Positions 36,516-40,133 of a stretch of 40,133 bases of DNA are shown here, one piece after another. The DNA comes from Granulicella sp. (GTDB taxonomy: Bacteria; Acidobacteriota; Terriglobia; Terriglobales; Acidobacteriaceae): positions 1 to 40,133 of the forward strand of contig DAHWNL010000032.1 in the NCBI GenBank assembly GCA_027339965.1, read 5' to 3'. Made by a program: the position numbers and the translations under genes. Position 1 is the stretch's first letter. Each line of letters opens with the position of its first letter. The notes beneath the pieces were generated by a model, which was not told the origin of the DNA, made no database searches, and saw only the letters and a list, made by a program, of their open reading frames with translations.

Positions 36516-39500
36516 ATGCCACGCAGGAATGACATCACGAAGATACTGGTGATCGGCTCCGGGCCGATTGTGATCGGGCAATCGGCGGAGTTCGACTACT
36601 CCGGAACACAGGCTTGCAAGGCGCTTAAGGCTGAAGGGTACGAGGTTGTGCTGGTGAACTCCAACCCTGCTTCCATCATGACGGATCCGGAGGTGGCTGA
36701 CCGGACGTATGTCGAGCCGCTGACGGTCGGGTACCTGACTGAGATCCTGCGTGAAGAGACAGAGCGGATGAAGCGCCTCGGCCAGTCCGGGATCTTTGCC
36801 GTATTGCCCACGGTAGGTGGACAGACAGCGTTGAACCTGGCGGTGGATCTGGCGGACGGAGGAGTACTGGAGCAGTACGGCGTTGAGTTGATCGGCGCCA
36901 AACTGGGACCGATCAAAAAGGCCGAAGACCGGCTTCTGTTCAAGGACGCGATGAACAAGATCGGTCTGGATATGCCCAGATCCATGCTGGTGAACAACAC
37001 CGGCAGCGGGTTGGAGTATGCCGGTAAGATCGGATTTCCGGTGGTGATTCGGCCTAGTTTTACCCTAGGCGGCTCCGGAGGAGGCATTGCCTATAACCGC
37101 GAGGAGTTGATGGAGATCCTCTCTCGCGGACTGGATCTTTCGCCAGTGCATGAGTGCCTTCTGGAAGAGAGCGTGCTGGGTTGGAAGGAGTACGAGATGG
37201 AGGTGGTGCGCGACCTGAAGGACAACGTCGTCATCATCTGCTCCATTGAGAACTTCGATCCCATGGGGGTTCATACCGGGGATTCGATTACCGTGGCTCC
37301 GGCGCAGACCCTGACCGACCGCGAGTTTCAGAGGATGCGCGATGCTTCTATTGCCGTGATGCGAGAGATTGGCGTTGAGACGGGTGGGAGCAATGTGCAG
37401 TTCGCGGTGAACCCCCAGAACGGGCGCATGACGGTGATCGAGATGAATCCGCGCGTCTCGCGGTCCAGCGCGCTAGCCAGCAAGGCTACCGGATTTCCCA
37501 TCGCCAAGATCGCCGCGCGGCTGGCCGTGGGTTACACCCTGGATGAGTTGCAGAATGACATCACCAAGGCCACGCCGGCCTGTTTTGAGCCGACCATCGA
37601 TTACGTGGTGGTGAAGGTTCCCAAGTGGCAGTTTGAGAAGTTTCCCGGCTCCGATGACACGCTGGCCCCCCAGATGAAAAGCGTGGGTGAGGTGATGGCC
37701 ATCGGCAGAACCTTTAAAGAAGCTCTGATGAAGGCCATGCGGTCTTTGGAGACGGGGAAGAAGGGCACCGCAGACAGCATCGATCCGCGCCGGCAGCGGC
37801 AGAAGATGGTGACCCCAAGCCCGGACCGGATGGCCTACGTTCGTTACGCCTTTGAGCATGGATGGAGCGTGCGCGACGTAGCTCGCTTCACTCAGATGGA
37901 TCCCTGGTTTCTGCATCAGATGAAACAGATCGCCGATGAAATGAAGCTGGTTGCTGGGGTAGGAATCGAGAAGCTCGGCGCCGCTGAGCTGCGCAGGGCC
38001 AAGCGGATGGGTTTGAGCGACGCTCGCCTGGCGATGGCCTTTGGTCTTCCAGACGAAGCGTCTTCTGGGGCGGATAAAGTCCGAGATCTGCGCAAGAAGC
38101 TGGGAGTGAAGCCGGTGTACAAGTTGGTGGACACCTGCGCCGCGGAGTTCGAAAGCCGGACGCCTTATCTTTATAGCTGCTATGACGAAGAAGATGAAGC
38201 TTCGCCAACCGCGAACAAGAAGGTGATCATCCTGGGCAGCGGGCCCAACCGGATCGGGCAGGGAATCGAGTTCGATTACTGCTGCTGCCACGCCGCCTTT
38301 GCTCTGCGCGATGACGGATACGAGACGATCATGGTCAACTGCAATCCAGAGACCGTTTCCACGGACTATGACACCAGCGACCGGTTGTACTTTGAGCCGC
38401 TGACCCTGGAGGATGTGCTGGCGGTCTACGAGCATGAGGCCAGTGGAGGAGCGCAGATCGGGATGATCGTGCAGTTTGGCGGGCAGACGCCGCTGAACCT
38501 AAGCCTGCCGTTGAAGGCAGCCGGCGTGCCAATCATCGGGACCTCGCCGGAGTCGATTGATCTGGCTGAGGACCGCAAGCGGTTTGGAAAGCTGATCGAA
38601 GAACTGGGGATACCACAGCCCCAGGGCGCCATGGCGACCAGCGTGGAAGAGGCTCTGGCGGGAGCTCGGCGGGTCGAGTTTCCGGTGCTGGTTCGGCCAA
38701 GTTATGTGCTGGGCGGCCGCGCGATGGTGATCGCCTACGACGAGGCCGATGTGGTGCGTTATATGTCTACAGCCATCGAGTACTCGCAGGAGCGGCCGGT
38801 GCTGATCGACCACTTTCTGGAGGATGCGCAGGAGGTGGACGTGGATGCGCTCTGTGATGGCGAGGATGTTGTGATTGCCGGCATCATGCAGCACATTGAA
38901 GAGGCCGGCGTACACTCTGGCGACTCCAGTTGCGTGCTGCCGGCGGTGGACCTGAGCCCGGAGGTGCTGGAGACGATCCGTGGCTATACGCGCAAGCTGG
39001 TGATGCGGCTGAATGTGATCGGGCTTGCCAACTTGCAGTTTGCTGTACAGCGCGGCAAGGTGTTTGTGATTGAGGTGAATCCGCGGGCTTCGCGCACGGT
39101 GCCTTACGTCTCCAAGGCGACTGGCGTGCAGTTGGCCAAGATTGCCTCACGGCTGATGACCGGCAGGACCCTCAAGGAACTGCTTCCAGCGCAAGTGGCC
39201 GGCGGCAAGGATCTCAGCACGGGTGAACACTTCTTTGTGAAGTCGCCTGTGTTCCCGTGGGGCAAGTTCCAGGGCGTCGATCCGGTGCTGGGGCCGGAGA
39301 TGCGCTCCACGGGTGAGGTGATGGGGGTGGGCAGGACCTTTGGCGAGGCGTTTGCCAAGGCGCAGATTGCGGCGGGTCAACGCTTGCCCACCGAGGGAAC
39401 GATCTTCTTTAGCGTGAACGCTCACGACAAGCTGGTGCTGGCCCCATTGGCGCGACGGTTTGTGGACATGGGGTTCAAGCTGGTGGCCACGCATGGAACC

Positions 39501-39797
39501 GCCGATGTGCTGGAAGCTGCTGGGATGCAGGTAGAGCGCATCTTCGCCGTCAAGGAGGGTCGGCCAAACGTCGTGGATCTGATCAAGGGCGATCGGATTC
39601 AGCTCATCGTCAACACGCCCAGTGGCCAGATGAGCGTCTTCGATGAGGCGGCGATTCGAAGAGCGGCGGTAAGCGCAAGGCTGGCCACGATTACCACCTT
39701 GGCGGCTGCGCGAGCGGCAGCCGATGGAATTGAGGCTTTGCAGAAGGGTGAGTATCACGTGGAGTCGTTGCAGGATCTGCACGCAGCCAGGACCTAA
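36516..39797 (+). CDS. carB: Carbamoyl-phosphate synthase large subunit
   Basis: [20 protein letters not shown], two ATP-grasp domains, C-terminal MGS domain. Confidence 0.98.
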   Translation: MPRRNDITKILVIGSGPIVIGQSAEFDYSGTQACKALKAEGYEVVLVNSNPASIMTDPEVADRTYVEPLTVGYLTEILREETERMKRLGQSGIFAVLPTVGGQTALNLAVDLADGGVLEQYGVELIGAKLGPIKKAEDRLLFKDAMNKIGLDMPRSMLVNNTGSGLEYAGKIGFPVVIRPSFTLGGSGGGIAYNREELMEILSRGLDLSPVHECLLEESVLGWKEYEMEVVRDLKDNVVIICSIENFDPMGVHTGDSITVAPAQTLTDREFQRMRDASIAVMREIGVETGGSNVQFAVNPQNGRMTVIEMNPRVSRSSALASKATGFPIAKIAARLAVGYTLDELQNDITKATPACFEPTIDYVVVKVPKWQFEKFPGSDDTLAPQMKSVGEVMAIGRTFKEALMKAMRSLETGKKGTADSIDPRRQRQKMVTPSPDRMAYVRYAFEHGWSVRDVARFTQMDPWFLHQMKQIADEMKLVAGVGIEKLGAAELRRAKRMGLSDARLAMAFGLPDEASSGADKVRDLRKKLGVKPVYKLVDTCAAEFESRTPYLYSCYDEEDEASPTANKKVIILGSGPNRIGQGIEFDYCCCHAAFALRDDGYETIMVNCNPETVSTDYDTSDRLYFEPLTLEDVLAVYEHEASGGAQIGMIVQFGGQTPLNLSLPLKAAGVPIIGTSPESIDLAEDRKRFGKLIEELGIPQPQGAMATSVEEALAGARRVEFPVLVRPSYVLGGRAMVIAYDEADVVRYMSTAIEYSQERPVLIDHFLEDAQEVDVDALCDGEDVVIAGIMQHIEEAGVHSGDSSCVLPAVDLSPEVLETIRGYTRKLVMRLNVIGLANLQFAVQRGKVFVIEVNPRASRTVPYVSKATGVQLAKIASRLMTGRTLKELLPAQVAGGKDLSTGEHFFVKSPVFPWGKFQGVDPVLGPEMRSTGEVMGVGRTFGEAFAKAQIAAGQRLPTEGTIFFSVNAHDKLVLAPLARRFVDMGFKLVATHGTADVLEAAGMQVERIFAVKEGRPNVVDLIKGDRIQLIVNTPSGQMSVFDEAAIRRAAVSARLATITTLAAARAAADGIEALQKGEYHVESLQDLHAART

Positions 39798-39963
39798 CGC
39801 TGAGTGTGGCGTGAGGGATTTCGCCCTTGCCGTACCCGGACAAGCCACGTCCCGCGTCGGCCACGCTCCATGAGATGAGACGTTACCCCAAGCTCCGACA
39901 TAAGCAGCTAGGTCGTTGACTATCTGCTTAACTTCGCCACGAAGTTCCTTAAGGCCTGCTGAT

Positions 39964-40133
39964 TAGAGCATTCTGCATAATGCTGTAGACTACAGATGGC
40001 GACTCTTCCGCGACGCAAAGCGTATGGCTAAAGCCTACGAGGGGGAATATCGCCGCAATTTTCTTTCAGCTTATGAGCAGGGATACGGCACGCTGGAGGA
40101 ATTGGCGGCGGAATTTCGCGTCAGTCTGGGGTG
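39964..40133 (+). mobile_element. Left end of an IS630-like element (truncated by the window)
   Basis: TAGAGCATT end-like sequence at 39964, followed by a transposase-like HTH ORF. The right end is not visible. Confidence 0.65.
40024..40133 (+). CDS. IS630-like transposase N-terminal HTH (partial)
   Basis: MAKAYEGEYRRNFLSAYEQGYGTLEELAAEFRVSLG..., similar to the AYSxDLR...A.RFxVS start of IS630 transposases. Confidence 0.7.
   Translation, partial: MAKAYEGEYRRNFLSAYEQGYGTLEELAAEFRVSLG

Noticed and set aside
1..40133. tRNA, rRNA, tmRNA, SRP RNA, RNase P RNA, CRISPR arrays
   Set aside because: I recognised none of their conserved motifs and no repeat-spacer periodicity by eye. A covariance-model scan would be needed to exclude divergent copies.

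Overview
GC-rich bacterial chromosomal window; the gene set and Oar-type outer-membrane receptor suggest Acidobacteriaceae (inference). Left: kdp potassium-pump locus. It holds the 5' part of kdpA, kdpF, a second small membrane peptide, a structured leader, kdpE, and a KdpD split into two divergently oriented genes. Middle (about 5-21 kb), accessory region: TonB-dependent receptor, two tandem AhpD/CMD-family genes plus MFS, GH63-like and GH54 glycosidases, a third AhpD/CMD paralog, an S53 protease, VOC and TauE proteins. It also holds an intact 2168-bp IS1595-family element (26-bp IRs, 8-bp TSD) carrying passenger ORFs and a hairpin-rich non-coding segment. Right, core genes: ribE, ribD, ftsY, gpsA, plsY, cinA, a beta-propeller protein, pgpA, yacG, rimO, a degenerate alpha/beta-hydrolase, a Rieske ferredoxin and carAB, then the start of an IS630-like element at the edge. 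Best leads are the cargo-bearing IS1595, a candidate ~265-nt sRNA with ANGGA motifs (28038-28302), a ~180-nt rod-like hairpin (32989-33169), the kdp leader and the divergent split KdpD. All calls come from reading the sequence; no searches or folding programs were run.
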